DNA of 64,000 bases from Squalus acanthias (lineage: Eukaryota), in NCBI GenBank assembly GCA_030390025.1, contig CM059435.1, positions 30,070,001 to 30,134,000 on the forward strand. The letters are read 5' to 3'. This document shows positions 1 to 12,555 of the stretch, piece after piece. The position numbers were made by a program, and so were the translations under genes. Every line of letters starts with the position of its first letter. The stretch's first letter is position 1. The notes below the pieces were generated by a model that was given only the letters and a program-made list of their open reading frames with translations, did no database searches and was not told where the DNA came from.

Positions 1-108
1 GAACTTTAAATCACCAGAGGAGACTTTCATAAAATTCATTAATAATGAATGCCTAACTGAACTGATTTTAAGCATATTTAAGTGTGAAGGAAAAATTTGC
101 TTCATAAA

Positions 109-345
109 CTTTACACAAAGGGTAGTGGAAATCTGGAATACTCTTTCCCATCACCGTCCCCCCTTCTCCCCAAAAAAGCTGTTGAGGCTATGTCAATTGA
201 TAATTTAAAAACACAAGATTGATAGATTTTTGTTAGGCAAGGGTATGGAACCAAGGCAGGTAGATGGAGTTAAGATACTGATCAGCCATGATCTAATTCA
301 ATCATGGAATACACTTGAGAGGCTGAATGTTTTACTCTTCCTAAT
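109..345 (+). mobile_element. CR1-clade LINE 3' end fragment
   Basis: Decayed FTQRVV..WN..LP coding end followed by the atcagccatgatct 3' UTR motif; similar to the intact copy at 54065-54300. Confidence 0.75.
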
Positions 346-1845
346 CTTGAGTTAAGAGCAAATTAATTTTACACAAATTTGACATTATAGTCTAAGTTTT
401 TTTTAAGCAAGGAAATAGTTTTTTTGTTTTAACTTAACGTCGCTCTAGAATTGCAGTGATTACAATATATAATGTAAACTTATTTTCCCTTGGCAGTTCT
501 TCAGGATGCAGCCTAGCATTCTTTAACAAGCTCCATTCTGTTTGACTGTTTTTGGTAAAACTAGTTCGCGTCAATGAAATTACAGAATGACTGCAGGGCA
601 AGAAGACTTGGGTAAAACTGGTAAAAGGCAAGTTCAGGACTGCTATCAGGAAGTAATTCACGCAAGGAGTGATTTTTAATACCTGAATGGTCTTCCAGCG
701 AGGATATTGGAAGTAAAATCTCTGGAATCAGCCAACACACAATTGGAAATGATGAGGACTGTAGATTTCTTCGGGAAGGATGAGCTCGATGTGCTGAGTG
801 GCCTGCCTTTGTGAAAAGAAGTTGATTGCAGTGACCTTGTGCTTGTTCTTCTGTCCCTCAATGATTTATTGGAAACCTTGAAAATAACCATCTGCATTGT
901 CCCCACTGTATACCTCCAGTGATTCTATTCACCTCGTACTGCATGAACTGGGAATGTGAGCAATAAAGATAGATCACAAAATTAAGTACAGGCGAGGAAG
1001 GCCATTCAGTCTATCCAGTCGATCCTTGCATTCAAACCTGCAATCCCCATCCCAACAACGCAGGATCTAACTGCCTCTTGAATGATTTCAGAGCTTTTGC
1101 CGACAATACTTTACCTGGAAGATAATTCTTTTATGAATCACTCGGTATATAAAGAAATTCAGGACCCATGACTCTTGTCCTGCTTAAAATAGTGCTGTGA
1201 CTCGACCTTTTCTGTTTTACTTCATACACCTCTACAAGGTCCCCCCCCTTCAAGGCCAAAGGAGTCCAGATATTTTTTTTTAACCTTTTCCTCATAACTC
1301 AGTTGTCTGATACTGGGGATCAGCCTCCTGTCCTTTCTCTGTACCGTTTTCAGTGGATAGTGGACAGATGGCTGGTTTGCAATTCCTGTGCTCCATTTTG
1401 GGAGTTTTGATCAATATGCAGTGTTTTGTCTCGCAGTATATCCAAGAATTTCAGAGAATTCCTGCTCCTCAAGCAAGGGAGTGAGATACAATTGAGTTTG
1501 AGTGAGACAGCTGAGTTTGAAACGGCTTCACGTGAGAATTGTGTACTAATGGCATGAGCAACCATTACAACTCAGTGGTTCTTTGATACGTGAAGCAGTT
1601 ATTGCTTCGAGATATTGCCATCTGGAGTTTAATTCTGTGACATCATCGGGGTAATTATATAACGTGCAGGGTATGTAGTAATTTGACTCTGGCACATGGG
1701 TAGGTTGTGAAGCTTTAGAATTTAACTACTTAAGGCATTCTAAATTTTGGCTATGAACCTGTAGCACAAAGGTATTCCACCTCAAAGTAATGAGATGATG
1801 AATCTTTCCATATATTAGAAAGTTTTGTAATTGAAATTGACTTAA

Positions 1846-3390
1846 ATAGAATGATGCAGCACAGAAGGAGGCAATTTGACCCATCGTGCCTGTGCTGGCT
1901 CTTTGAACTAGCTATCCAATTAGTCTCTCTTCTGCTCTTCCCCATAGCCCTGCAAATTTTTTCGCCTTCAAGGATTTATCCAGTTTCCTTCTGAAAGTTA
2001 TGATTGAATCTGCTTCCACCACCCTTTTCAGGGAGTGCATTTCAGATCATAATTCACTGTAATTTTTTTCCCTCATGTCGCCTGTGGTTCTTTTGCCAAT
2101 TACCTTAGATCTGTGTCCTCTGGTTACTGACCCTTCTGCCACTGGAAACAGTTTCTCCTTATTTACTCTATCAAAACCCTTCATGATTTTGAACACCTCT
2201 ATTAAATCTCCCCTTAACCTTCTCTGCTCTAAGGTGTACAATCCCAGCTTCTCCAGTCTCTCCAGATAACTGAAATACTGCATCCCTAGTACCATTCTAG
2301 CAAATCCTCTCTCTATCCTCGCCAAGGCCTTGACATCCTTCCTAAAGTGTGGTGCCCAAAATTGGCCACAATACTCCAGCTGGGGCCTAACCAATGTTTC
2401 ATAAAGGTTTAGCACAACTTCCTTGCTTTGGAACTCTCTGCCTCTATTTATAAAACCATCGATCCCATATGCCTTTTTAACGGCCTTCTCAACTTGTCCT
2501 GTCACCTTCAAAGATTTGTGTACGTACACCCCCAGGTCTCCCTGTTCCTGCACCCCCTTAAAATTCTACCATTAAGTTTATATTACCTCTCCTCATTCTT
2601 CTGACCATAATATATCACTTCACACTTCTCTGCGTTAAATTTCATCTGCCATGTTTCTGCCCATTTTACCAGTCTGTCCATGACCTCCTGAAGTCTGTTA
2701 CTGTCCTTCTCACTGTTTACTACATTTCCAAGTTTTGTGTCCTCTGCAAACTTTGAAATGATGCCCTGTATACTGAGTCCAGATCATTAATATATATCAA
2801 AAAGAAGTGGTCCTAATACAGACCACTGGGGGACACCACTGTATACTTCCCTTCAGTCTGAAAAACAACTGTCCATCACTGCTCTCTGCTTTGTCCCTTA
2901 ACCAATTTCATATCCACGCAGCCACTACCCCTTTAATCCCAAGGACTTCAATTTTACTAACTAGTTTATTTTGTGGTACTTTGTCAAATGCCTTTTGAAA
3001 GTCCATATACACATCAACCGCACTACCCTCTTCAACCCTCTCCGCTACTTCATCAAAAAATTCAATCAAGTTAGTCAAACACGATCTGCCTTCAACAAAT
3101 CCTGGCTTTCATTTATTAACGCATTTTTCCATGTCCAATTTATTTTGTCCTGGGTTATTGTGTTTAAAAGGTTATTCACCACTGCCGTCAGGCTGACTGG
3201 CCTGTAGTTGCCAGGTTTATCCCTCTCCTTGCTCGAACAGGGGTGTAACATTTACAATCTTCAATTCCTCTGGCAGCATCCCCATATCGGAAAGGAGGAT
3301 TGGAAAATTGTGGCTCGAACTTCTGCAGTTTTCACCCTTCCTTTCCTCCGCCACCTAGGAGGCATCCCATTCGGATCGGTGACTTTTCTA
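1846..3390 (-). mobile_element. CR1-clade LINE, 5'-truncated ORF2 (RT and C-terminus) with 3' UTR
   Basis: ORF 2047..2553 (LYETLVRPQLEYCGQFWAPH..LRGDLIEVFKIMKGFD); upstream frameshifted KFAED, GVP and DFQKAFDKVPQ RT motifs. Confidence 0.92.
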
Positions 3391-5806
3391 CTTTATTACA
3401 TCTGTTGAGCAGACCTCTAATTCTTGAGCTTGGTGGATTAAAATATGAATGCATGGTTTTGAATATTTACACCTCAACTTTTTATTCCTGGAAAAATAGT
3501 AAAAATATTTTCACAAAGCTTGTGACCAAGTGATGAGTAATCCCCTTTTTTGTATTCGGAATAATGTTTTTGAATTTTCTTTTGTTGAAGAACAATTTCA
3601 GGAAGTGGTACAAAGCTTACCCTTGCGACTGACTGACTGGGGAGTCTGTGTGGAAGTCAGAGAAGACATTTCCTAAAAAGATGTTTCTGACCCAACAATA
3701 ATACTCTTATTCAGTAAAGATCAGTGAAATGTTGATTTTTTTTTTTCTGGCTGTTAAAGGTTACAAAGGCTATGTAAGCTGTCTAAACAATGAATAGTTG
3801 CAAACAATAGCAAGTCCGTTCTATTTTCTGTCCTTTTGGAAAATGTGCAACTTAGTTACTGCAATTCTCTTGATTTTTTTTTTTCTTGACAGAATGCTTG
3901 AGGGAAATGTTTGTTTGTCCATGTACTTGGGATTATGCATGCGCATTTACTGACCGTTTCTTTCCTTAATTTTTTTATCCTCTTCGCCCACCTCCCCCAC
4001 TTAAAACTGACACTGCACAGGTGTTGACTGGTTGTGCTGATTTGATGCAAAGCAATGTCCGCTTCATATCAATGTGTACAACTCCACGCTGAGGCTCCTC
4101 AAATCAAATTGACACAAAGGAGTCCAACTGCAATCGGCATGAATATGGGCACCAGATTAGCCTGTTTCTAATCTACGGGTACCTATCCAGTTTCCAGTGG
4201 CGCTCTCCTAATTGCCAGCGCTTCACAAATCCCCTCCATAGAGTCTCTTAGCACTCTGGGATAAATACCATCTACGCCTGGGCATTCATTTATTTTGAGT
4301 CCTTTTTAGCTAGTTAGGGATTTCCATTTCATTCATAATAGTCGTTGATTTTACTTGGGTTAGCTTTATTTGGAGCATATCTGCTTGGAGGAAATAAACT
4401 TTCAGAATGTTTGTCCTCAGTTTCAAGTCCATTTTGCATCTTTTCACTGCTTCTGACTACCCCACTACTGTTGTACAACTGCATTTTGTTTTTAAAAAAA
4501 AGTTGTGTTTAGCCTCCCATGGTCTGTCTTTACCCCGCTGATCACTCTTTAATGTGTTGCTGTATTTTTTTTTGTGACCCCCCCCCCCCTTTCTCCTGGA
4601 AGATTTGTAACTGTTGTTTTTCCTCGTATTTCCATTTTAATTTGTTTGCAAATGCATTTAGGGTTATGTTTTTTCAGTCTGAGCTTGTTCATTTTAGGAA
4701 TATACTTGTCCTGCATGCTCAGCATTATTCATTTGTCCTGTACTGAAGTTTCAATTGAGCAACCTATCCCAATCCATTTGCTTCAGTTCCTTTATTTATT
4801 TTATTTATTTATTTGAATTTGGTCCTTTTAAAAGTTAGATAATTGACTCCTGGTCTTGGGTATTTGTGACTCCCAGGTCATGTTGAACTTGATCATTCTT
4901 TTCCATTGCCTTTAGGGGTATTACAGCTTCTATTTACAATACATTGTCTGGATCATTGCTAAATAGCAGGTCAACGTGAGCACTGCTTCTTGTTACTTCC
5001 TTGAAGCACTGGATCATGGAACTGTTGTGCATAACATTGGCCAACGCTGACTCTAAATCACTTGTGTTTTTCAGTTTATGTTTGGATGATTGAAGGCTCC
5101 TATGAAAATAACTCTCTCATACCTTTCTTATCTCTAAAGCAAATGGTCCTCCTTTTTATGCAGACACCTCGTGTAACCTTGGATTAAAAAACAAGAGATG
5201 TCTATCCAGAGTAGTTTATTTTGCAGTTTGCCCCCTCCCACCGGATCAACTTTGGTCTCCTGCGAGTCTCTGAAACAGAGCTACATCCATTTCCTTTTCT
5301 GTGCAAACTATCTTTTTTTGAGCACAGTACACTCCTGAATATTAAGGTCATTTCCAACCTCCTGGATTTAGCCACGTTTCTCTGGTTAGTCTTGACTATA
5401 CCCACAGTTTCCTACCTTCTACTTGTAATCCATAGTTTCTAGTTTCTTTCCTGCCCCCTCCATAAATTATTGATTGCTGCCTCAATGCTCTTTGCAAGTC
5501 TCTTCCCCCCCCCCCCCCCCCCCCAACCCTCCAGCCACTTGGCTTTTGTGCAGCCTGTCTATCTTCTACTAGTCTGCTTTATTCTGAAAATCTTTCCCAT
5601 TTGTTTATGAAGGTGGCTTTGATGTTATCCCACCATGTTAGCAGCCATTTATTTACATCCTTAGTTTTCTTGGTGAACTGCCCTCCCTTCCCAAACACTG
5701 GAAGTGTATCAGAACTTTCCTATATATCCTTATCTTTGATCTTGGCGGCAATTCTTGTGTATGTGACTTTAAGGCTGACCTATTACGTCTCCCTATGTCC
5801 TTTATC

Positions 5807-5988
5807 TTAATGTCGCTACTTACCATAGTTATTCCTCCCCCCAGCCTCCCCCTTGCTTTTTTATCTGTTTCATTTCCTGCTTTTTTTCTCAGTTCTGACG
5901 AAGGGTTTCGACCTGAAACGTTAACTCTGTTTCTCTCTCCACGGATGTTGCCTGGCCTGCTGAGTTTTTCCAGCGTTTTCTGTTGTTG
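5807..5988 (+). mobile_element. Short non-autonomous Penelope-type 3' fragment with hammerhead motif
   Basis: Flanked by TGTC(C/A)TTTATC direct repeats (5796-5806, 5989-5999); tail similar to the minus-strand copy at 26141-26230. Confidence 0.75.
5891..5926 (+). ncRNA. Minimal type I hammerhead ribozyme motif
   Basis: AGTT-CTGACGA-AGG(gtttcga)CCT-GAAAC-GTT-AACT: helix I AGTT/AACT, intact core, loopless palindromic helix III (ACGT), GUU cleavage triplet. Confidence 0.7.
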
Positions 5989-6851
5989 TGTCATTTATCC
6001 CTACTTGGACTTAACGAGACAGGAAAGGGTGCAGAGGTGTTAAGTATCCCTTCTAACCTTTCCTCAGTATATACTACTGAAGCTCTAGGTAGACTATTCA
6101 TAGGTACTGTCTTTATAACACGTGGGTATCGACTTTCCTGAGCAAAGAATTCTCCATGATTACAATCTCTCTGTGTAAACTGCATCTTTGTTCAAGTTGT
6201 CCTCTCACTTTCTTGCTCCCTATTCTTTGAGACCTTGTTTCCTTTTGCATTAATAGATCCTGGGATCTGTTGATTGGTGCAATCTCGTAAGTAGTTTCAC
6301 TGGTTTTCTTACTACGTTTACTGCTTTACCATATCCCCTATCTTAATTTTCTTGGCTCAGCACTTGTTTTTATTTCATAGCAGCACAATCCCTGATTCTG
6401 CTGATTCCCTGCTCCCATCACTGATGGTTCACTCGTGAGGTCTAATGTTATTTGGACATTTCACTGACCTGGGCTAACTTTTTTTATTGGTGTTTTCTTC
6501 ATTGTTTTCCTTCTATTTGTTGCCTTTGAAATCAAATGGCCCCCTATTCCTCTTCCTCAGTGCTTCAAGGTCTCCCTTGTTTCTGAGTGACCAAGAGTGA
6601 ATCTGCGGTCTGAGCAGAGCACTCTACCGTTTGATCATGATTTCCTCTGACTTGAATTATATACATCAAAGACATAGCAAGATACAACTGAAACAATGAG
6701 GTGTAGTCGCAGGGGTTCTAACGTGTCAAAAGCTGCCGTCTGTATGTAAAACGAAAAGCTTTAACATTTTTTTACTTTTTTACTGGGAAAATTTTTACTT
6801 TTTTACTGGGAATCACATCTGTGAACAAGCTAACGACGACTCGAGTCCGGA

Positions 6852-7358
6852 TCACGTCATGTATCGTGACATAAACCCAAGATCCCGATTGAGACCGTCT
6901 TCATGAGTGCGGAACTTGGCTATCAGTTTCTGCTCGATGATTTTGCGTTGTCGTGTGTTTCTAAGGTTGCCTTGGAGAACGCTTACCCGCAGATCCGAGG
7001 CTGAATGTCCTTGACTGCTGAAGTGTTCCCCGACTGGGAGGTAACAATCCTGCCTGGCGATTGTTGCGCGGTGCTCGTTCATACGTTGTCTCAGTGTCTG
7101 CATGGTCTCGCCGATGTACCATGCCGCGGTGCATTCTTTCCTGCAACGTATGAGGTAGACAACGTTGGCCGAGTCACATGAGTATGTACCATGTACCTGG
7201 TGGGTAGTGTCCTCACGTGTGATGGTGGTATCTGTGTTGATGATCTGGCATGTCTTGCAGAGTTTGCCATGGCAGGGTTGTGTGGTGTCGTGGTCGCTGT
7301 TATCCTGAAAGCTGGGTAATTTGCTGCGAACGATGGTACTTCTGAGGTTAGGCGGCTG
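6852..7358 (-). pseudogene. Penelope ORF C-terminus: Cys-rich linker plus GIY-YIG endonuclease (5'-truncated, open frame)
   Basis: Stop-free 168-codon frame QPPNL..PCHGKLCKTC..CDSANVVYLIRC..WYIGETMQTLRQRMNEH..VGEHF..EQKLIAKFRTHEDGLNRD; extends upstream of track ORF 6852..7103. Confidence 0.9.
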
Positions 7359-7548
7359 CGACTACACCTCATTGTTTCAGTTGTATCTTGCTATGTCTTT
7401 GATGTGGTACCTTCCTGGCTGACTTAATTAACTTTATCACACCTCGGCAGATAGTCAGGATGATTTAATTTATTGGTCTGCAATTGTAAAGTACACATTC
7501 TTTGTTTTCCATCTATATATGCTTTGGAGATTCTGTATCTAATTTACT

Positions 7549-7591
7549 TCACCTGAGGAAGGAGCAAATCGATAGCTCCGAAAGCTTGTGA
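7549..7591 (+). ncRNA. Minimal type I hammerhead ribozyme motif in Penelope terminal repeat
   Basis: TCAC-CTGAGGA-A-GGAGC(aaatcgata)GCTCC-GAAAG-CTT-GTGA: helix I TCAC/GTGA, 5-bp helix II, palindromic AGCT helix III, CUU triplet. Confidence 0.8.
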
Positions 7592-7739
7592 TTTCAAATA
7601 AAACTGTTGGACTATAACCTGGTGTTGTGCGACCTCTCAATTTTGAATTATATAGCCAAAACAGTAGAATTTAGCAGTCTATTGGCTTTTTTGATTGCTC
7701 TACATTGGTTGAGTGTCGGGATCTCTCTTTTGAATTTCA

Positions 7740-8230
7740 TCTGATGCTATTTCAGCGTCATTCATGGAGTATGTGTTGCTCATTTTCCTTTCTATCTGCT
7801 AAATTTCACTAATTTGTATTCAATTTTGGCCCACTCAAATATTTTGTTTAGATCATTCAGTAATTTCAGGGCTGTCTCCTTCGATTCTACTGCCTTCCAA
7901 GGATGATATCTGCAACTTTGACTACTTTGCATTGAGTTTCTGAATCCAAGTTATTAATTAGAAGTCTAGAAACAGCAGTGGTCCCAATATATTGACCCCT
8001 GGGGCACCCCACTCTGTACTTCCTCCTTCCCACCCTGATATTTGCCCTCTGACTATTACCTATTATTTTCTACCCTTCAACCAATTTTGCTCTGAATCCC
8101 CACAGCTTTCGAGTTTGGTCATCTTTTGTATGAAACTGCTAAATGTCTTTTGGAAGCCGAAATACACAACTTCGTAGGGCTTACCACAGTTGACTTGGGT
8201 TGCCAGTTCCTCAAATAAATCGAGGATGTT
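7740..8230 (-). mobile_element. Decayed CR1-like RT fragment
   Basis: Reverse strand encodes GVPQGSILG (about 7982-8010) and a YEVVYFGFQK-like motif near 8150-8178. Confidence 0.6.
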
Positions 8231-11200
8231 GGTAATTTGTGCACGTCACTTCAGATGTCTGAATTTTTTTTAAACATGGTGCTGCAAAATAGGACTGCAC
8301 CATGGGCTGGCAGGATTGTGCTTTGAGCCACCGTGACACTCCTGCCTGTAACAAGTAATTGATCTTAACACGTATCCTGGGGCATGCAACATGCTTTCCT
8401 GGAATGAGACTTGGTTTTCTTGCAGTGTTTTTGAACAGTGCAGTCTCTTGATGGACTATATTGCACAATGCTCACGTTATAGGGCTTCATTCGTTCTGTA
8501 TTTGTATTGAATTCTTGATCATGTATAATAATTGATTACAAGTACATTTATAAAGCAAGAGTATCCTAACATCAGCTATTGATTCTCTTTTGGATGCCTT
8601 TATTGTAGATGATTTGAATTTGAGGTCAACGACTTGTAAATAGTGTGCCATGATACACATGCATTTTGAGGATGCCAGAGCTTGCTGTATGTGCAGAGAC
8701 CTTAAATGATAAGTGTGCTGCTTAGGGATAGTACTGCACCAGAGAAACTGGTGCTGCGCTGAATGCAAGGACACCGGTTCATGTCTATATTCTCTCACCG
8801 TGTGATTTCCCTATCTCAGTCCTGCTCCTGTTGGGAGTTACCAGCGACCAGGCACTTTCTCAAGACAGAAGTTGGATGGGTTGATTTGGTGTCCTTTCCA
8901 GTTGCAAAGTATGGAGTGATGTGGGAGACTAGCGACTAGTCAGCTTTCATTGAAAACCGTGGCAATTATTCACATTCTTGAATGTGAAAGGGGTACAGAA
9001 CTTCAAAAAGATTCATTGCAACCTGTTAGGCCATGCCCCTCTCTAATATGCCTTTGTATGGCTCTGAGGCAGCCTGCTGGAGGGTCAACTATGTTGCAGT
9101 TGCTCAATAATGACACTGCAGTGTAATGTGGTTTTTTTTAAAGTTTTGCGGGCGTTGTTTATTTTGCATATTCCAATTTACTTTAAACGAACTGGTAAGC
9201 TTTATGCAAGTGGAAGTGACTACAACATAAAGCATGGCTGTACACTTGCCAGGGCAAGTATTTGAGGCAGTGTTACAAGTTCTCACTCCTACCAAAACGT
9301 AGAGTTTTTAGTAGAGCCACCTTTCACTTCAGAATATGCTGCTGTGTTTTGTTTTGGGAATTTCTGCAAAATTCCTTCTACGGTACCACATTTTAAAATA
9401 TTCCTTAACCCTATAATATGTCAAGTTATGATAAGTTCAGTTTTTTTACTTGCTGTTCTATTCTTCAAATCTGACTTTTTTTAATGTTGGCAAATCTGGC
9501 TTTTCTCGTGGACTGCGATTGCAGGGTTTGTTTTTTTCCCCATTTTATTGGGAGCTGTTTGCTAATCTTGGCAGGGTGGGGGGTGGGGGGGATGTTTCAA
9601 TTTCCAAGATTGGAGGTTTTTATTCCCCTTTGTTTATTGCTACATTCATTATCCATTGAGTTACAATTTGTTGCTGTTTTATGAATATGAAATTTGGCCT
9701 GGTAATTGCAAGATTTGCATATGCATTAGTGCGACAGCACAATGTGTGCTAAATGCAACAGTTTATTACTTATTTTTATTGCACGTACTAACGATGAATG
9801 AAAGGGTTTGTAACCATTCACCTCCTAATTATAAACGCTACATTTTATGATCACAATGAGGGCGTTTGCCAAGACCACCCAGAAGTAGCAGACATGAGCA
9901 ATATTTAATTACAGCAGCATACTTGTGAAGAACGGATTATTTTTCAAACTGGGTGAAATGTTATTTTACCTGTTCCCCTCTGCACTTGTCCTGAGTAAAG
10001 AGGATCAAGAGCAGTCAACCTGCTTGCAGGCATCTACCAATGTGGTTGTGTAACGTCTGTCAGGAGTAGGGTGTGAGTGATGTTCTTTGAACATCTGCTT
10101 AATCCTGGGTTCACTCGTTGATGGTTTCTGAGTTTGGTACATGATACATCATGCCATTGTCATGTCCAATAATTTCCTGAGATATTGCACCTAGTTATGC
10201 GAAAGGGTTAAGTCTCTGTCGCAGCACATATCCTTTCAAAGATCATGAGTGCTGTTATTAAAAAGATGAGTTTATGAGAAGGAACAGCTGTGATGTTTCT
10301 GCTTTTAAGTACTAGAGTTGGCAATTCACAACTATAACATGTGGTGGTTTTTTTTTGTTATTGACATCAATCTTTTTAGTTCAGTTACAGTGTCATTTTC
10401 AAAATTATTAGAAATTTAAATTGTTTTGTATAGTTTCTGGGCACATAGTAAGGTTGATGCAGTGGGAGAAATGTTCCTGTTTGAAGTGGTATCAATATTT
10501 TTTAAGCCCATGGTCCCCAAGGAGGATCTGATTAAGTCTATAATTGTAAAAATAAAATATTATTCTTTACAAGTGACCTCAAACTTGCAGCTTCATAGGA
10601 TACGTAATCTCAGCCACAACAGTACACAGTTAGTACTGCAGTTGTGTTATCGCCACCACCCTGTTACATTGTGTAATAGTTCCACTGTGGTACCGCAAAG
10701 TAATAAAACCATTTAAAGAAAAAATGGAATTACTACTTCAGCCCCTCCCTAAGTTTCCCTAAATGTTGTTTTGAAGTTGGAACTTTCTTTAGGTTAACAG
10801 TATTGTTGGATCTGGCATAAGAGACTTGTTGCTGTACTGAAGCTATAGAGTTACTTTGCAAAATGGTTTGTATTTATAACTGGTTTACATTGACTGGAAA
10901 ACCAGCTGTAGTATTGCATACAGTTTGAGATATATTTAACTAACATGGTGTACAGCAACGGGATTGAAGTTATTGCTCGCAGAAGCAATCGGCTCCACAG
11001 CACTGACGAGGATTTTACAGCTGTATCTGCTCACCTGTATTAATTTTACCTGCTGTGTTGGCATGTCCTTCATAATGGTAATGACTCATAAATTCACCTA
11101 ACTTTATCGGCAAAAATTAAAGTAGTTTGTTGACTAAAAATTGTGTTTTAACGAGACTTGAGATGCCAGCATTATCCATGGGATTCAATCCAGATCCTGC

Positions 11201-11679
11201 ATGCATCAAGTATAATGCTGACCCTTCTTCTGGAATACTAGGCCAGTCCTGAGTCCGAGGCAGGAGTTCTTGTCCACGTGATATTAAACTATGCCTGTGC
11301 AGGATCTGTATTGGAAGCAGCTGACCATCTAAACTGTAGATATGTTGTGCAAGCTCCAATCTTGTCCTTTTTTTTATTTTAAAAATGAATGATACAGCTT
11401 TTGTGCTGCTGTTCTATAGAATTTTTATACTAATGTGTTGCAGTTGCTTCTTGGGAGCCAGGGAACTGGTAGCAGCAATAGCTTGCATTTACACTGCACC
11501 TTAATTGTAACGCAAAGCGCCAATGTGGTTTACTGAAACAGTGCCACTAAACTTGATCTGTATGTGGCTACTTTCCTCAACTACACATGTAGCTGTGTCA
11601 CCACGGTGCCACTTTACCAAACCAAAGACCAGACTTTCATGGGGTATCGAAGTTGTTTGTATTGCTAATGCTACTCCTA

Positions 11680-12555
11680 CATTTTAAAAGGGGAGATGGA
11701 ACAAGTCCAGGGAACTATAGACTAGTTAGCTTAACATTGGTGGTAGGAATATCTTTACTCAAAGATGCAATAGAAAAACATTTAGAAACTGAAAATAGAA
11801 TAGAGTGCTCAACACTGATTTCAAGAGGGAATTCTTGACCAACCTTATTAAATTCTTCAAAGAAGTAGTAGAAGGAATTGTCAAGCGTAATGCAGTAGAT
11901 GTAATATACTTGNNNNNNNNNNNNNNNNNNNNNNNNNNNNNNNNNNNNNNNNNNNNNNNNNNNNNNNNNNNNNNNNNNNNNNNNNNNNNNNNNNNNNNNN
12001 NNNNNNNNNNNNNNNNNNNNNNNNNNNNNNNNNNNNNNNNNNNNNNNNNNNNNNNNNNNNNNNNNNNNNNNNNNNNNNNNNNNNNNNNNNNNNNNNNNNN
12101 NNNNNNNNNNNNNNNNNNNNNNNNNNNNNNNNNNNNNNNNNNNNNNNNNNNNNNNNNNNNNNNNNNNNNNNNNNNNNNNNNNNNNNNNNNNNNNNNNNNN
12201 NNNNNNNNNNNNNNNNNNNNNNNNNNNNNNNNNNNNNNNNNNNNNNNNNNNNNNNNNNNNNNNNNNNNNNNNNNNNNNNNNNNNNNNNNNNNNNNNNNNN
12301 NNNNNNNNNNNNNNNNNNNNNNNNNNNNNNNNNNNNNNNNNNNNNNNNNNNNNNNNNNNNNNNNNNNNNNNNNNNNNNNNNNNNNNNNNNNNNNNNNNNN
12401 NNNNNNNNNNNNNNNNNNNNNNTAGAGGCTGATTGTGTCAAATTTTGAATGAGAATTAGGTAGATGTTTGAGGAAGTGGGTGATTGAGAGGTAATGGATT
12501 TGGGACTGGACAGATGGACTGCAGACTTTTTTCTGGTCCTGTATTTCCTATATAC
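11680..12555 (+). mobile_element. CR1 LINE fragment spanning an assembly gap
   Basis: FKRG..PGNYRLVSLT and LTNLIKFFKEV..VDVIYL on the left of the gap; CR1 3' end/UTR on the right. Confidence 0.7.
11913..12422. other. Assembly gap (510 N)
   Basis: Run of n characters. Confidence 1.

Larger units (their letters stand above)
4000..6500 (-). mobile_element. Old, highly decayed CR1 LINE retaining ORF1 esterase and APE endonuclease remnants
   Basis: Minus-strand peptides SLPRASVVYTEERLEGIL, VQVGIND/DIGRR (SGNH esterase GxND motif) and QCFKEVTRSSAHVDLLFSN (APE-type TR..LDL..N). Boundaries approximate. Confidence 0.6.
6664..7642. mobile_element. Penelope-like element (Neptune-type), truncated, with internal inversion
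   Basis: 12-bp direct repeat TTGAATTATATA at 6652-6663 and 7643-7654; GIY-YIG frame on the minus strand; 50-bp perfect inverted repeat; hammerhead in the plus-strand end. Confidence 0.9.

Noticed and set aside
9401-9410. U12-type branch-site match TTCCTTAACC
   Set aside because: No recognisable exon follows, and all PREX1 donors here are ordinary U2 GT sites.
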